A DNA stretch of 63,228 nucleotides, filler included, from Basidiobolus meristosporus CBS 931.73 (GCA_002104905.1; 3 parts of 3 records of this genome joined end to end with filler, not necessarily neighbours in it); one strand, 5' to 3'; counted from the whole stretch's first letter, positions 19,664 through 33,649 are shown. Notes: a model not told the origin generated them from the letters alone. Numbers and translations: made by a program.

Positions 19664-21689
19664 AATATACTCCATTCAACTTCATCATGAATATTCTTGA
19701 CAATAAAACCGATGAGTACGCATATTCGAGGCTTGCATTCCCTCTTATAAAACAACTGGCCTATGCCCATGAATAGATTTTTGCTACTTGGAGTGCAATC
19801 TAACGCAATAGTGTGCGTGGCTTGGGCCTCTAAACGTAATTTAATGCCGTAGTGATTCTTTCTTCTTATCTGAATGAATGCATGCAGAGGTATATGAGTA
19901 AAGAGTAACAATGAGCTGGAACGAATTGTTCTTTCTACTTTTGACAAAATCACACGCCAACTCTTATAGCCGTATGAAGCAACCTTCAATTAGGCACTTT
20001 ATCTGTTTTCTTATGCTACTCTATATAGATTACTATGGATAGCATATATATAAACTTTATTCTTTGGTATTGCACATCCACAATGTGGTCATATGGGCAA
20101 GGAGCTTTTATCCTTCATATTTATATATGTTATTCTTATTGTATATATTATTGTTACCATCCTTGGAGTGTATCTATGCATGGTTGATCGATAGTTTTGA
20201 TGGTCAGAGTATACAAGTATTGTAGTTGTGCATAATGCCTCATTTTTTTTGCTCCATCGTATTAATCTGTTACTATTGTGCTAGCCGTCAACTTGCTGAT
20301 ACTTTTAGCCATCAATCAGCAACTCCTGTTCAAATCAGTCATGTCTACTGATGCATTGGGGCTCCAGATTATATTAAAAAAATTTGCCCCTTTAAAGACT
20401 TAGGTACCATGAAATCATCTAGTTCCGCTTTCAAAACTTTGCATAGGTAGTGTGCTACAGAAATATAGATTAATGCTTCTTTTAAAGCAGCAAAGGTATT
20501 GATTAGTCCTCCCCAAAGTCTCTGTGTAGATGTTGTAAAGACCAGAGTATTTTTGCTCTTCCTCTATGGCCAGTGAAGGCAGTATAAGTGCTGCTTGTGT
20601 TACATGACTTCCAACTTGCTTGTACCTGTTGATTTTGCTTGTTTTTAAGCCTCCTATATACTTGTGCTATTTTGCAACCCTCTGAGTTGTCAGAGTTGAT
20701 AAATGTTCACTAAAACACATGAGTGAGTACTTCTTCCACCATGAGCAATCTGAAACTTGCAACTCTTCTGATAATGTGTTGGTATTTGACTTTTATTCCA
20801 AGGGTATTTAACTGGCACTCAACTGGTGCTTTCCTTCTTATTTCTATTCAGAGATATTCATGAAAGTTTTGTGCAACTGATTGGCAAATTGATGTGTCTG
20901 TTGTTTGGTCTAGCCTCCTGTTAGTGTCTATTTGACTGGTCTGCTCAATAGCTAGGGCCAGAGATATTGATATTTATTAGCTCCATTAAGCACTGAGCTC
21001 AGTAAACATTACAATGGTATTTTGCTCATCTTTAACTACTTTTCTACTCAGCACAAGTTAGCTACTAGTGAAAGCTTAAAGAACTAAATACAAAAGGACA
21101 AAGGGACTCTATGCTAGCTGACTGTTAAACACAGGGTTACCAAGCCTGTGTGTAGAGACAACAATGATTCCCATTCAGCTTCTAAGCTGTGAATCTGGCA
21201 TATACAGACTGTCTATAAATCAATGTAATTATAACTATGAAGCGTACATAAGTCACTCTAAGTAGGTGGAAATATACATGTTGTCACAGTTCTCAGCTAA
21301 TAGGTTGCACACCAACTTAATCAGTGTATGCAAGGCAGCCACAGTGTAATTGTAGCAAGGCATTTCTTAGTAAAGTCCTGCAAGGTGATGCTATTTCTGG
21401 TAATCACTAGTACTAGATCAGCTGTTGTTGTATCCCTAGACCTGCACAAGTCCCCAACATCAGTTTCCTTGATTATGCAATCTGCTTGTCCTTTAGAAAT
21501 GCCCAAAATGCATTACACTAATCTGAAGCAGTGCTACACTGCAATGCTATGAATGAGTAGGTGATGTATATCTGTTCTGCCTTACTATTGCTGCAATGGA
21601 TGCTACTATGATGCACCCTTGTAAATTTAACCTCATTGAAATCTCAAAGTTGGAATAAATCTGATTTTCTGCTAGTACTCAGTTGGTAT

Positions 21690-22400
21690 TCTGATGGGAT
21701 TTGAAGGTATTCAGCTGTTATTTTTTCTTCAAGTTGTTGGTTGCAATTTTTGTTTGAAGTAGTAAGCAGCTGTTAACCAAACCTGGTATGAATGCCAGTT
21801 GGCCTCTCCTCCTCATACAGAATACATGTGCTGGTCATTCCAACAGGTAGTGCCTGATATATAAAGAGGTGTATATATAGAAAACTTGAATTGAGCCAAC
21901 ATCATGGTGGTATTTTGCTGACCATTTCAAAGTCCTTTCTGTTTGGCAAGAGTGCTATGGTGCATATGTGGGGGACACAGGAGTGGCAGCTGATATTACT
22001 AATTCTAATATTTCTGAGCTTCACATATATATTTGCAATCTACTTTACTGCAGGTAGGTTGTAAACCTAGTATATCACATACTAGGCCACTTTACTGTAT
22101 TCAGCAAACTAACTTCAGCTGGGAGACAATAGGTGTGTATTTGTAGGCATATATATGATCATATATGTAGGGAAGCAGTGGGCCTTCTCTGTTCACTGAT
22201 GCATGGCAAACTGACTCTGCAGTACTTGAGGTCTACTTTTGAGTTGCATAGCTTCAATTGTTGCCTTGGACAAAACCAATGCAACTACATATTTCTATAG
22301 CTAACTTCCTTAGGAGTTGCAAACACAACTTACTGCATCTCCAATTGAATCCTTGCAGCAGACAGATACAATCATTGAGTGCTCAGCACAACTGATGATG
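21690..22400 (+). mobile_element. Highly degenerate reverse transcriptase-RNase H relic (DIRS/Ngaro- or LTR-type)
   Basis: Motif remnants in the expected order: WDLK (~21695), MPVGLSSSYRI (~21792), GVYIENL for YxDD (~21870), LFTDA (~22192), DKTNATTY (~22270). Frames are broken throughout. Confidence 0.45.
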
Positions 22401-23691
22401 GACTCTTTGGTTCAAGATATTCTGAGGCAACTTATTTAGGCACCAAGAGCTTCTTAAGTACCTCAATACAGTTATATAGCTCTTTGTTTGCTGTGCATAC
22501 TTAGGTGACAGTATTTTTTGTAGCACTCTCAGCTTTAATTCATTAGTTGGCTGACATCTCATCTTTTATACTGTGGGACAAATGGTGCTGATGAGATATT
22601 TAACAGTTATGGATCACTACACAATATGCATAATACTGAGCAGTAAGCTACCATGAACAAGATACAAGTGAGCTCAACAAAGGTGTCCAGGCACACATAG
22701 ATCATATGAAATATAGCTGCAGCTATGAGCTGGTGTGGAGTAATTCTACAACTTACTCAAGCCCTCACCAATTGATTTAACAGTGGCCAAAGAATAAGTT
22801 ATTCCTACATACTTCACCAAAGAAGAACATATTCAATTTCTCATAGCTCATGGTGATGGATATGCACAGTGGTAAATCTTTTCTAGCATGAAATATGTAT
22901 ACTCAGCCAATGCCAATAAAATAACAGACTCTGCAAATCTTTAAATATTTGAAATACAAGATCCTTCCATTGTTGTATAAGATAGTTTTAGCTACCTACA
23001 AACTTTCATAGCTCACCCAAATGCAATATACATATTTGAGGTGTTTGATTTTCCAGCGGTATATACGCCATGAAGTTGCAAATATGCTGTTAAGTTACTG
23101 AGCCAAGGCCAACCAAAGACCAATGTAAGTTTGATATGCCACTTTGCAGCACATTCCATCACCGCATGACATGAGGGGGCACTCTTTAGTATTTGGGCAT
23201 ATGTGATCATGGTCATAATAACTTGATTCTACGCATTGACTTTGAAGCATATGATGTGATTTATGTGACAACCCTTGTGGCAAAGCTGCTGTTAAGCACA
23301 GCAGAACTCTGACTTAGGTGCTAAAGCCCTAATCTCAGAGATGTAATGGTGAAAGTGTGACTTAATCTCAGCTACTAAGCAGCAAAGTTGGTATGATTTA
23401 CATCAAATCACTTGTTGTAAACTTCCAATTACACTAACATATTCATGTAACATAGTAACCTAGGCTAAAGACTTCAAGCTTTATCAATCTGCATTGATTC
23501 CTTGCCAGGACTAACTTTGAATTCATATACTCAGAGATCAGGATATTTAGAATATGAGAAGCCTCACACTTTGAATACACACTCTCAGGACCTTCCTAGG
23601 CATTCTCTAAAAGTCATCTCCTCAAAAAACGCATAAATATATGAGCAGTATATAATATTCAATGAATTATCAAGGTGAAAGCCACATGATA

Positions 23692-24005
23692 GGTTTTAAG
23701 AGTTTAGGAAATATTGGAAGTTAGTGGGAGAAGAAGTAGCTTATGTGGTTCTACATGATAAATTATTGAGTGTAATGGAGTATTATATTAGCATATAGAA
23801 AATGTTCAGGAAGGTCCCAAGAATATTTGTGCAAAGCTTGGGGTAGCTTGGTCAATTCTTAGAAATTACATGTGCTGCATACCCAATGTTTGGTGAAGAT
23901 ATTGCTGGTATATTCCAACATGGAGTTTAGTTAGAACTCTCAGTAACTTGTTGATTATGATTCAAGTGGTCAACTATGGTAGAGGTGTAGGTGGAGTTTG
24001 CAACA
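23692..24005 (-). mobile_element. Diverged solo LTR related to copia family 1
   Basis: Reverse complement aligns along its length to the LTR at 40411-40759. It starts TGTTG and is flanked by TGATA/TAATA (degenerate 5-bp TSD). Confidence 0.7.
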
Positions 24006-27000
24006 TAATATATGTGTTTTCCCTGCCACTTTGGATATTTCCAAAGAACTCAGAGCATGATTTTAGCTTTGATTGCAAGGTTGACATTTAAACTCTTGGT
24101 TTTGCATAGTCACATTTCTTAAGTAAGCTATCAATGCAGCCATTGGTTCAAGTTGTCAAGAAAACTCAGAGTCTATGAGTTGCATATGTACAATTTTGAT
24201 ACAAGGAATGGAAACCTTTGCTTTTTGAATACAACTTGGACTTCTTACTCCCTCTGAAGGATCCTTGCAGATTTCAAAGCTTAAGTGGATTTCAAATATG
24301 GTTACAATGCTAAGTTCTTTGTGGTGCTTGCATATATTGAAGAAAATTCTATGACTTATGTAAGCTTGGATTGAAATAATCAGATCATTACCACTAAGTT
24401 TGCTCTGTGTATTGTGTGTCATGAAGACAACCTGGGTAAAGGAAGCCATGGCAAAGATGTACACAAGTAATGCAACTCTACCTAGCTCTGGGTCAGCTTC
24501 AGACCTGCTAAACAGCATTATAAGCATACCAATGGAGTAATCTTGGGGATAGTCCATAGTATTCCAATACCTTCTTGTAATGTAAAGGGCTTCAATGAAG
24601 GAACAACAAAGTCTGCACATTGACTGTAAGTCTTATGGTAGAATAAGATGGCAGGAACAGCTGAAGGAGCAAATGTACTGCATAGCTGAAGAATGCTTAT
24701 TTTGCACTCACAGCTGTGGCATCTTTCTCAGATGAGCTGATTTAGCTAAGTATTATGCAGGCTTACCAATGAGGCTGAATTTATCAAGTAACTGAAGTGC
24801 TTCAGCCAGATATGTAATAATGTCAAAACACAGAGTGCAGCTTAGACTGATGGAAGATGGTTAGCATCTAAAATTGGGGCATTCCATTTAGCTTTTTTTA
24901 TAGGACTCATAGCAAGGGGTAGAGTGCTAGGTGTCCTTCAAGCTCCTTACAAGATTTTCCTAGTCAAATTAGCTGAATGTGGTTGTATACAATGTACTGT
25001 AACAAAGTAAGCTCTCTCTGACAACTAGGGCTGTCTAAAAGCAAAAGCTTATGAGGAGTGTTACCACAGTCAGAAATAGTACAAAACAAAGCATTTAAGA
25101 AAATTAATAAGAAAAAACTGGAAAATAAATACCATAGTGTCAGCTGAATTCCAAGTTTCTCAAAACTAAAAACCTGCAATGCATCAATTATTTTGCTGTC
25201 AGGCTAACCGGCAGACATATTTTCCAGCAGGAGACTAGGCTAATTAGCATTCACACCAAATTTGGTGATCAGCTAATCACTACTTCTACCAGAAGTTGCA
25301 ATTGAAAATCTGTGAGAGAACACCTACTGAACACCAGCCGAATACCATCAGAATATCAGCTGATATTTTGTTGTCACCTTGAGGAAAATATCTCATTTAT
25401 AAATCTCTGAGGTCAATGAGCTGATTGCCTGCATATTTCACCTGAGAATTGCTTAAAGATGCCTTCCAGTATGCATATGTTGGTGTAACCAAGAAGGCCA
25501 AGCATCAAATATTGGAAGTTGCAAATTTAAGAAATATTGAGCTTTGGCTGATATTATGCTAGTATTTATCAGGTTATAGTTGGTTATTTTCAGTAAAATA
25601 TCAGCCTACTTATCAAGTCTAGAAAAGTACACATTCTCTGGGAGGATTTCATCTATTCAAAGCTGCTATTGCATAAATACTATACTGCCAAGCAATTAAA
25701 TATCTATAGCCATAGTTATACTTGGTTAGGTAACAGCTATGTGGTCTACACCCTTGATGTGTACAAGAAGACTATGATCAGCCTGTGTAATAGGTGCAAC
25801 CTATTTCTCAATATATGGTATACTATGTACAAAATCCTTGGCCAAAAAGCCTTGAGATCACTTTACACCACTTTGTGGGCAAGATTAAAAATGACATATA
25901 AACCCAAAAAATGCAAGCCCAAAGGGTTCAATTATATTGACCCATTAATTTTTGAGCTTGCAAGCTGAGATGTGTTAATAATCAAGACTAGACTCCTACT
26001 GTACATAAAGAATATGCTGCATGATGAGTGAGGTGTGTAATTGAAATTAAAGGCTCTGATGAAAGAAATGATGACTTTTTACTGATAAGCAGATATGGCA
26101 ATATTCACAAATAACCTACAGTTGATTTGTCTTAGCGGATAAATAGAACAAGCATTATCATAGTGCACGTTGGAAGTATTGGTGTTTTACTGACACTGCA
26201 ATCCAAAATCAAGCATTATATGGTAACAAGTATGTAAATTAGGTTCGCTTGAAAAACTCCACTAACAATATCTAGTATTATTGCTCGATCCGAGAAATTG
26301 TATTGGAGTAGTGATCTGCAGCCTATGCGTGTTTCAGTTTGCTTAGATTGCTATGCATATCACCAGGGTTCAGGGTGATCGGAAGTAAACCGTATGTTAC
26401 TCCGTTTAATGCAACAGTGGTACTATGCATGGACTTGAGCTTTGCCTTTTCATAGAACCCCAATCAATGAAGCTCAAGATTGAAAACAACAGACGCTGCA
26501 AGTGTTGAAATGAGCTGAAGTAAATGGAAGGTTTTTGGCGAAAAATTGATGATAGTAGGATATAAGAAAATGGGGTTTTGCCGGAGGAAATTTTCATGCA
26601 GGTCTTCCCTGTCGTAAGGAGAAACAGTCTGCCCATCAGACAGTGCTTATATTCATGCTGTATAACGTCATACATTTATGTGTCAGTTATTGATTTACTA
26701 TCATATATTGGGATCGCTGTTAACCTGTGTAAGTCAGACATTGTAGTAACAGAAGTGGTGCCTCAATATCGATTTCCAGGTTATCGCAAGAATTGGTTTT
26801 ATGCAATTACTGCGTATGTGGTAAGGTGACTTTTGGCCTGGATGAATTCCTACAATAGGTGTGTTCTTGTTGCTGGGTTATGATAAGGGGCAATCCCCGT
26901 TATAAGGAGCTAGCTCTGATATGTTATATTATTGCTGTAAAAATCATTAGATGAAAGTCTGACCTGTACTGCAGGCGCATACATATACAAAGCGGAAGCT

Positions 27001-27210
27001 TCTGCAAATTGATATCAACAAAAAATTGTTTATTCTTCAGCACTATTGACTAGGCACTCCAATACAATGGAAGGAAATGACACAATAAGCCAGAAGAAAC
27101 TATAAAGCCCCCTTCTTCGCTGGGTGATATACATTGAAATTACTTTGGAGAAATTTGCACTAGTATTGTTGAAACACGTTGGCGTTTTAACCTTTATTAC
27201 ACCACTGCAC

Positions 27211-27409
27211 TTAGGGTTAGGGTTAGGGTTAGGGTTAGGGTTAGGGTTAGGGTTAGGGTTAGGGTTAGGGTTAGGGTTAGGGTTAGGGTTAGGGTTAGGT
27301 TAGGGTTAGGGTTAGGGTTAGGGTTAGGGTTAGGGTTAGGGTTAGGGTTAGGGTTAGGGTTAGGGTTAGGGTTAGGGTTAGGGTTAGGGTTAGGGTTAGG
27401 GTTAGGGTT
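27211..27409 (+). repeat. Telomeric repeat (TTAGGG)~33 at the contig end
   Basis: 199 bp of TTAGGG, G-rich strand facing the end, with one TTAGG variant near 27295. Followed directly by the N spacer. Confidence 0.97.
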
Positions 27410-27509
27410 NNNNNNNNNNNNNNNNNNNNNNNNNNNNNNNNNNNNNNNNNNNNTTAATTAATTAANNNNNNNNNNNNNNNNNNNNNNNNNNNNNNNNNNN
27501 NNNNNNNNN
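27410..27509. other. Artificial contig-joining spacer N44-TTAATTAATTAA-N44
   Basis: Exactly 100 nt with a six-frame stop linker. An identical structure occurs at 45483-45582. Confidence 0.97.
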
Positions 27510-28769
27510 TATTGAGGTGTTACAAGTCCTGATACAAAGGTTGTAGAGTAAAAGGGAGTTTGGCTAGTATTTTATTCACTCAAGCATGAACTAGTCTTTA
27601 TTGAAATTCTAGCAGCTCCTTGATATAAGAATTTGAGAAGAATAGGGAGTTTAGCTACTACTGTATCCATTAAAACTTGAACTGATTTTTTATTGAGGTT
27701 ACAGCAGCTTTGTATATTCATTTTGCCAGATCATTTGCTGACTAATTGCATTTCACAATGTAGGTTGTGGCTGATGACTGAATTGATTGCATCATAATTA
27801 CTTAATAGGATCTTACTCAATACTTATATTTCTGACTGATAAGGATCTACTGATTAATTTGATGACTTATACTACTGACTTGATAGATAACACTAATATA
27901 CTGATAAACAAAACATAAAGCGAAATGATTTGTCTAAAAACTGATCTAGCTTAAACATTCAAGCAGTGGACTGTAACAGAGGGTCCTGCAGCTCTTTATA
28001 TTGCTAAGATCATTTACAGACCAACTGTATTTCCTAATGCAGGTTGTGGCCTATGATACATCAAATGCATCATCATAGCCATATTAGCTTTTATAAAATC
28101 TCTCCATTTCTGTCTGATCTTCTTATTTATCTGCCAAGGAGTATTATTGATTTGATATATAACACTGATATACTGTTAGGCTAAACATAAAACTGATTGA
28201 TTTTACCAAAAACTGATATAACTCAGACATTCAACCATCAGATCATAATATTCTTCCCTATCAAAGATGAGAGGGTGCTCTTCAATCTCTTTTCCTGCAG
28301 TACCAGTAGCTTGAGTGTTAAGCATTGTTGGCAAGTCTTGCAAGCTTGAGTCTGTCTCTATGACCTAGATCTTGCTGGACATTCCCTTAATTGTCTACTA
28401 GTTGGTAAGTTGCATGTAGATATTCTCTGATGATCTTGAAAGCTACTGTACATTGTAGCTCACACTACTTCCAAGTGATGATTTGTAGCAGTACCAAGTG
28501 CCTAACTGTTATAGCCACTGGTAATGTAGTCTTATCAAATTTTGGCTTAATCTTTTCTGCACTATTGCAGAATTTGGCCTGTTCCTCCTGACACTTTTGC
28601 TCCAATTACTGGTGTCTACTATGCTGGCAGAGCTCATCCTCCATGTTACCAGTAACTTGTAGCTATGTGCAATATACTGGAGTCCTTGGTGAACATTCAT
28701 ACACTAAGTAAAATGGCAACTGTAGGGTTGTGCCCTGAATCAGCAGGCAAACAGGGCTTGGCCATTATG

Positions 28770-31700
28770 CTCATCCATATATATATATAAACATGCAAAC
28801 CTGCTGTAATTTACACACTTCTATTACCTCAACTTTGCAGCATTTTTGTGTGATAGTTGCAAAGTTGGCATATTCCTTGTATTGCTGGTAACATATACAT
28901 CTTGCCAATATATGCTTGGTTGCTGCCACTTTTGCCATCAATACCTTCTGAATATCTGCAAAGAACTTCTTGGAATTTAACCAAAATATTACTTCTTCCT
29001 GCTTGATTCTAGTCCTGCTTATAGTTGCACTCTGGTTCTTGTTTGTGTAAATTCCGCATTGCATATTGTAGAAACTGACTTGTGACCAAGAGAGAAATTG
29101 CACACCTTGATATGGTTACCCTAATAAGAATGAGTTGCTTGTTGCATTTAGCCCAACTTTGCTTTACTTAACTGATTACCCATGCAATAGGGCTGCTTAG
29201 TGTATCAATGGCAAAGGTATTGGTGTGTCCAGGTGCACATTCATCATCAGTGTATTCCAGCTCTTGCTGGCTGTCCTGCATGTCCCAGCTCATCAATTCC
29301 ATGACAGACTTGGAGATGATATTCTGATGCAATTTGGATATGATAGTACTGACACCTTGACTTGCCTTCCTATCTCTCTACACACCTGCTCCATAGGAAA
29401 CTCCCAAGAGCCAAGCAAGGTCAAATACTTTCCCCACACTAGGCAAGATGAAGTAGAGAGAGGAAGCAGTAGCAGCAGAGATTTAGGCATTCAGCTTTAT
29501 ATTTGAAGTATAGCTGCCAAAGTCTATCACAAACTTATTGCATAAAGCTGTAGATGCATTGTGATGATGTCAATGTACTCCTAGGGGAAGCTACAGAACA
29601 CAAGGTGTGTGAGGTGTCTGATAGGTGTAATAACCTCTGGGTCTAAACTGCTGGTGTCTTTGTCAATATGTCACCAAGGTAAAAGCTCCTGCTTCTCTAG
29701 CTTCCTAGATGCTCCAAGTGTCTCCAAAGGCCTCTATGTGTCTTGTGCACTACCATGCAAAGCTCCTTGATGGCAGGTCAGAGGTGAACTGTGAAAGGTT
29801 GGTGCAGAGACCAACTGCTAATCCATAAGGAAGTGTAATATTGATAGAAGGGAAAATTTATTGATGAGATATTAACTTCCCTTAAAACTTTCCCAGATTG
29901 CCAAGTGATGACTAATACAAGGTTCTAGAAGATTCCAGGCCTTAGTAAAATTCTGAATGTCATCACCATGAGCTAAAAATAATCCAAAAAGGTCCTGGAG
30001 GCTCTAAATGCCACAGCACATCCATCCAATCAGGGATCAGTAGCCAGAAACCTGTGTAACAATGATATACCATATAAGATATTGAAATGGTAGGAATGGT
30101 AACACAGACTTAGGTCATGTTCATGGGAACTGACATGGGTGCTTACCTAATGTGGATACATATACTGATCACAAAGCTGAATAACATCTGAGATAAATAA
30201 TGCTAACCACTAATCAGGGTTAACATAATATGGGGATAATACCCATAATATGGGCAAAGTAGAACCAGATTTCTCTGGTATCTTGAAGGGCTCAATTAGC
30301 TTGAAATCCCCCTGGTACAACTTGTTCATTAGTATAGGAATATTGTTGAAAAGTAAGTGCATTGATCCCAGTGAACAGTGTTTAAACCAATAGGTACCCT
30401 CTATTTCAAGAATCTTTCATTTGCAAAAAATTCCATATTCAAACCAATGGCTCATAGATTGCCAACTTTGCTGCAATTGCATGCTGAAATCTGTATGTTC
30501 TCTTGGTGGGAAAATGATGTACTTAGTGTTGATGCTTGAATAATAATAATGTGTGTGAGTTATGGTGTAGATCCCCAGGATCTCACACATTTAACAGCAG
30601 CACCATCCACTGTGCCCAGAAAAGCCAGCTTTCTTGCTGATGGCTTGGATATCTCGAAGGCAGATCATAATATGCACTTTGACATTACAACCACTTGGTG
30701 ATATCACATTGAAAAGCATACAAAATTCATCTAGCATTGGATGCAGGTGGCTGTCAAGGTTGGACAGTGCACTAGGCCCTTATACCAGTGAGACTACTAT
30801 AAGATTTCTGCTCTGATACCTTACAATAGGTGGCAGTTTCAGGTTGATAGAATCAATGGCTAGCAGGATTTGCTGGTAGGGTACTGTTTAATGAAAGATC
30901 ATCCAGTGCCAAGGGAAAGGCATGGTCATACATACCTGCAAGGTAGCGCTTGCTTCATAATATTTGAAATGTTTGCTGTCAAGTATATTGGAGATGTTTT
31001 TGCTTGATTGATATCAAGTGAGGCACTTTATAGCCTCTCAGCAATAGTTGGACTGCATGAGCTGCTTTAAGCTGAGTATCACTGTAATATATCTGGAGTG
31101 CTTTTCTGATGTGGATGCCATACAACTGTTAACAAATGCTGGTATCAGTACAGTCTCTGGGTCATATGTTACCAGCTGCGTAATGATTGTCCATTTGTAC
31201 CATGTAAAAGGTAGGTTGCATCCTGGAATAATTTTGGCAAGAAGTTGTAATGAATCCTCAAAGCCCCCATTACTTATATTTGTGGAAACACGCCATAGAT
31301 CTAGCCATAGCAACACATTATTCACCAGCAGATGTATCACTGGGTTCACTTGGCTTCATAAATTATCCTTGGCATTTTTTCTATGGATCTTGTCCCATTG
31401 CATGTTGAGATTCTGCTAGGATCATGCTGAGTACTGTTATTAGGGGAGAGAGGCTGAAAATCCTTCAGTGAACCTTCTTCTTCAGTGCTATCACTCAGCA
31501 TGCCATACCTGGAAGGCAGTGGTGAGCCTAGAGGCATAGCAAGCTCACGTCATTTAGTTTGTGCAAGGTGGCAAATACAGCTAGGAGCCATTATAGAAGT
31601 ATTAAGTGGCCACCAAAATATTGCTTGTACAATAGTGACTGATGAATGGTCAAATATAAATTGTGTAGCAAAACACTGGCTGTGATTCTTGTAGAACTTT

Positions 31701-31850
31701 CTGTGCTGTCTGTGTGCTTCATGGCTGAGAGGCTTGCCACAATAACAACATGATCTTTTTTCTCTTCTCTCAAGGTGCTGAATCAACATAGTATCCTCCA
31801 TTGGGGATACAGCTTGACACTTGACAACATAGCACTACTGTTGCTCATAG
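28770..31850 (-). mobile_element. Degenerate CACTA/EnSpm-type transposase copy
   Basis: Collinear with 51428-54119 (e.g. LLGSWEFPMEQVCREIGRQVK and CCYCGKPLSHEAHRQH), with many stops. Interrupted at 29560. Confidence 0.8.
29560..30260. mobile_element. Partial LTR inserted in the CACTA relic
   Basis: Homologous to the solo LTR at 57943-58746. One end is deleted together with ~260 bp of host sequence. Confidence 0.7.
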
Positions 31851-32779
31851 ATATTTTGTGATGAGATCACAACTCAGACTCAACGTAATTTTATCAGAAA
31901 TATGTAATGAGTAGTACAAGCTGAAAGTTAGTTATTTCCAATAATATGCAATCCTTAACATATATATGAGAATATACTAGTCCAATAGGTTAGATGGTTG
32001 TTTGCAGGTGTGATTTCAGCCAGAAAATACACAACACCACATTGTGTTCATAAGTATAGGAATATATTATGTGAGCTGGTGTATTAAAATAGTTAGGAGT
32101 CCACCTGATTATTAATATACTACAAGCAAGCACTTAGTTGAATGATGTATTTCTGAATAAGAACTTAAAAATTTGCTTGTAAGATATTTACTGATTATTA
32201 GGTATCAGTGAAGTACAGATTGCAGGAAAATTTGAAACTTGAGCACATGAGCTGAAACTTGGCACATGTACTCCTGATATTCCCCTAGCATTAACCAAAT
32301 AGTTACACTTACATAGTTCTGCAATAAGTATAAATACTGTGCTGCAACTCAATAAATCAACAGGTGAAATACTTGTAAGTCTTCTGAATTTGCCATTTCA
32401 CTTCCAGCATTTCTCTTCAATACCTCAATACTCCGCCATTGTAACAAGTCTTAATATAAGAGTTGTAGAGAAAAAGGGAGATCAGCTAGTATTGAATTCA
32501 CTAAAACTTGAACTGATTTTGATTGAAGTTCTAGTAGCTCCTTATGTACATTTTGCCTGATCAGTTGCTTACCATTTGTATTTCCTGATGTAAAATGTTG
32601 CTAATGACTCATTTGATTGCATCATCATTGCCCAGTTACATTGAAACTGATAAATCATTTATGTCTGGTATGGATCTGCTGATTCATCTGCTGACTAACA
32701 CTACTGATTTGATTTACAATATTGACATACTGCTTAAATAAGCATAAAACTAATTGATTTGACCAAGAACTGCACTAAC

Positions 32780-33640
32780 TTGAGCATTCACATGGCATAT
32801 CATATTACTGCCACAAATATTCTTAGATGTTCTGCACATGGTCTGTATCCATACCATGCTTTGAATGGAGTGGAACCACAATGTATCATGTAGTAACTCC
32901 TATTTTTATGATATACGGCAGTGGCAACTGATTCCGCCCAAAAATGATAGGATAATTTTTGACCATGGATCATAGATCTTGCCATATCAATTATTGATCT
33001 GTTAGCTTGTTCTGCTACTCCATTTTGCTGTGGGGAGTATGGTACAGTAGTCTCTTGCTTTATCCCATGAATTTTGCAGAAGTGGATGAAGAGTTTGGAG
33101 GTATATTCTCCACCATTGTCAGAGTGTATTTCTTGATTTATTCACCGGTTTCTCTCACCATCATGGCTTCAAACTCCCTGAAGTTAGACAGAGCTTCTTC
33201 CTTTCTCTCCATGAAGTAGACCCATGTGTATCTTGTAAAATCACCAATAAAGGTGACCAAACACTTCATCCTGCCAAAGGATAAGTTTTGCATAGGTCCA
33301 CACAGATCTGAGTGAACTAGATCTAAGTTTTCTTAGTTTTGATTAGCCCAGAGCTCTTGAACAGTTGACTGGCTTGTTTTCCATATATGCAGGCTTCAAA
33401 GTGCTCCAAATTAGCTGGGGGATAAATATTTACTCCAGAAATTAGCTGATCTTTGATCATTTTGCGCAAATAAACAAAGTTGATGTGCCCAAATCTCCTG
33501 TGCCAAAGCATTGCTGTTTCTTCATTTGAGTTACATAAGTTGGCTTCCAAATATGATGGAATACAAGTCAACTTTTATAGATTCTGATCTCTGATACCCA
33601 AAGCAATATGGGCACCATTTGATCAATGATCACACAAAAG
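32780..33640 (-). mobile_element. Ty1/copia family 1 fragment (GAG-pre-integrase and integrase core)
   Basis: Reverse complement matches ~41920-42740 (MLWHRRFGHINF, CEAC, WAESVATAVY). Confidence 0.85.
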
Positions 33641-33649
33641 AAGAGGTCT

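Noticed and set aside
24156-24620. 154-aa ORF as a LINE reverse transcriptase or tyrosine recombinase
   Set aside because: Only vague resemblance, with no diagnostic catalytic motif that I can defend.
26406-26829. Short ORFs next to the telomere (integrase- or helicase-like?)
   Set aside because: SGKTPF is the only suggestive motif. There are no helicase or RT signatures.
27211-27409. Interstitial telomere or chromosome fusion
   Set aside because: The repeat ends at a contig end. The downstream sequence is only concatenated.
27454-27465. Palindromic TTAATTAATTAA inside N runs (also 45527-45538)
   Set aside because: Identical 44+12+44 layout twice. It is an artificial six-frame stop linker.
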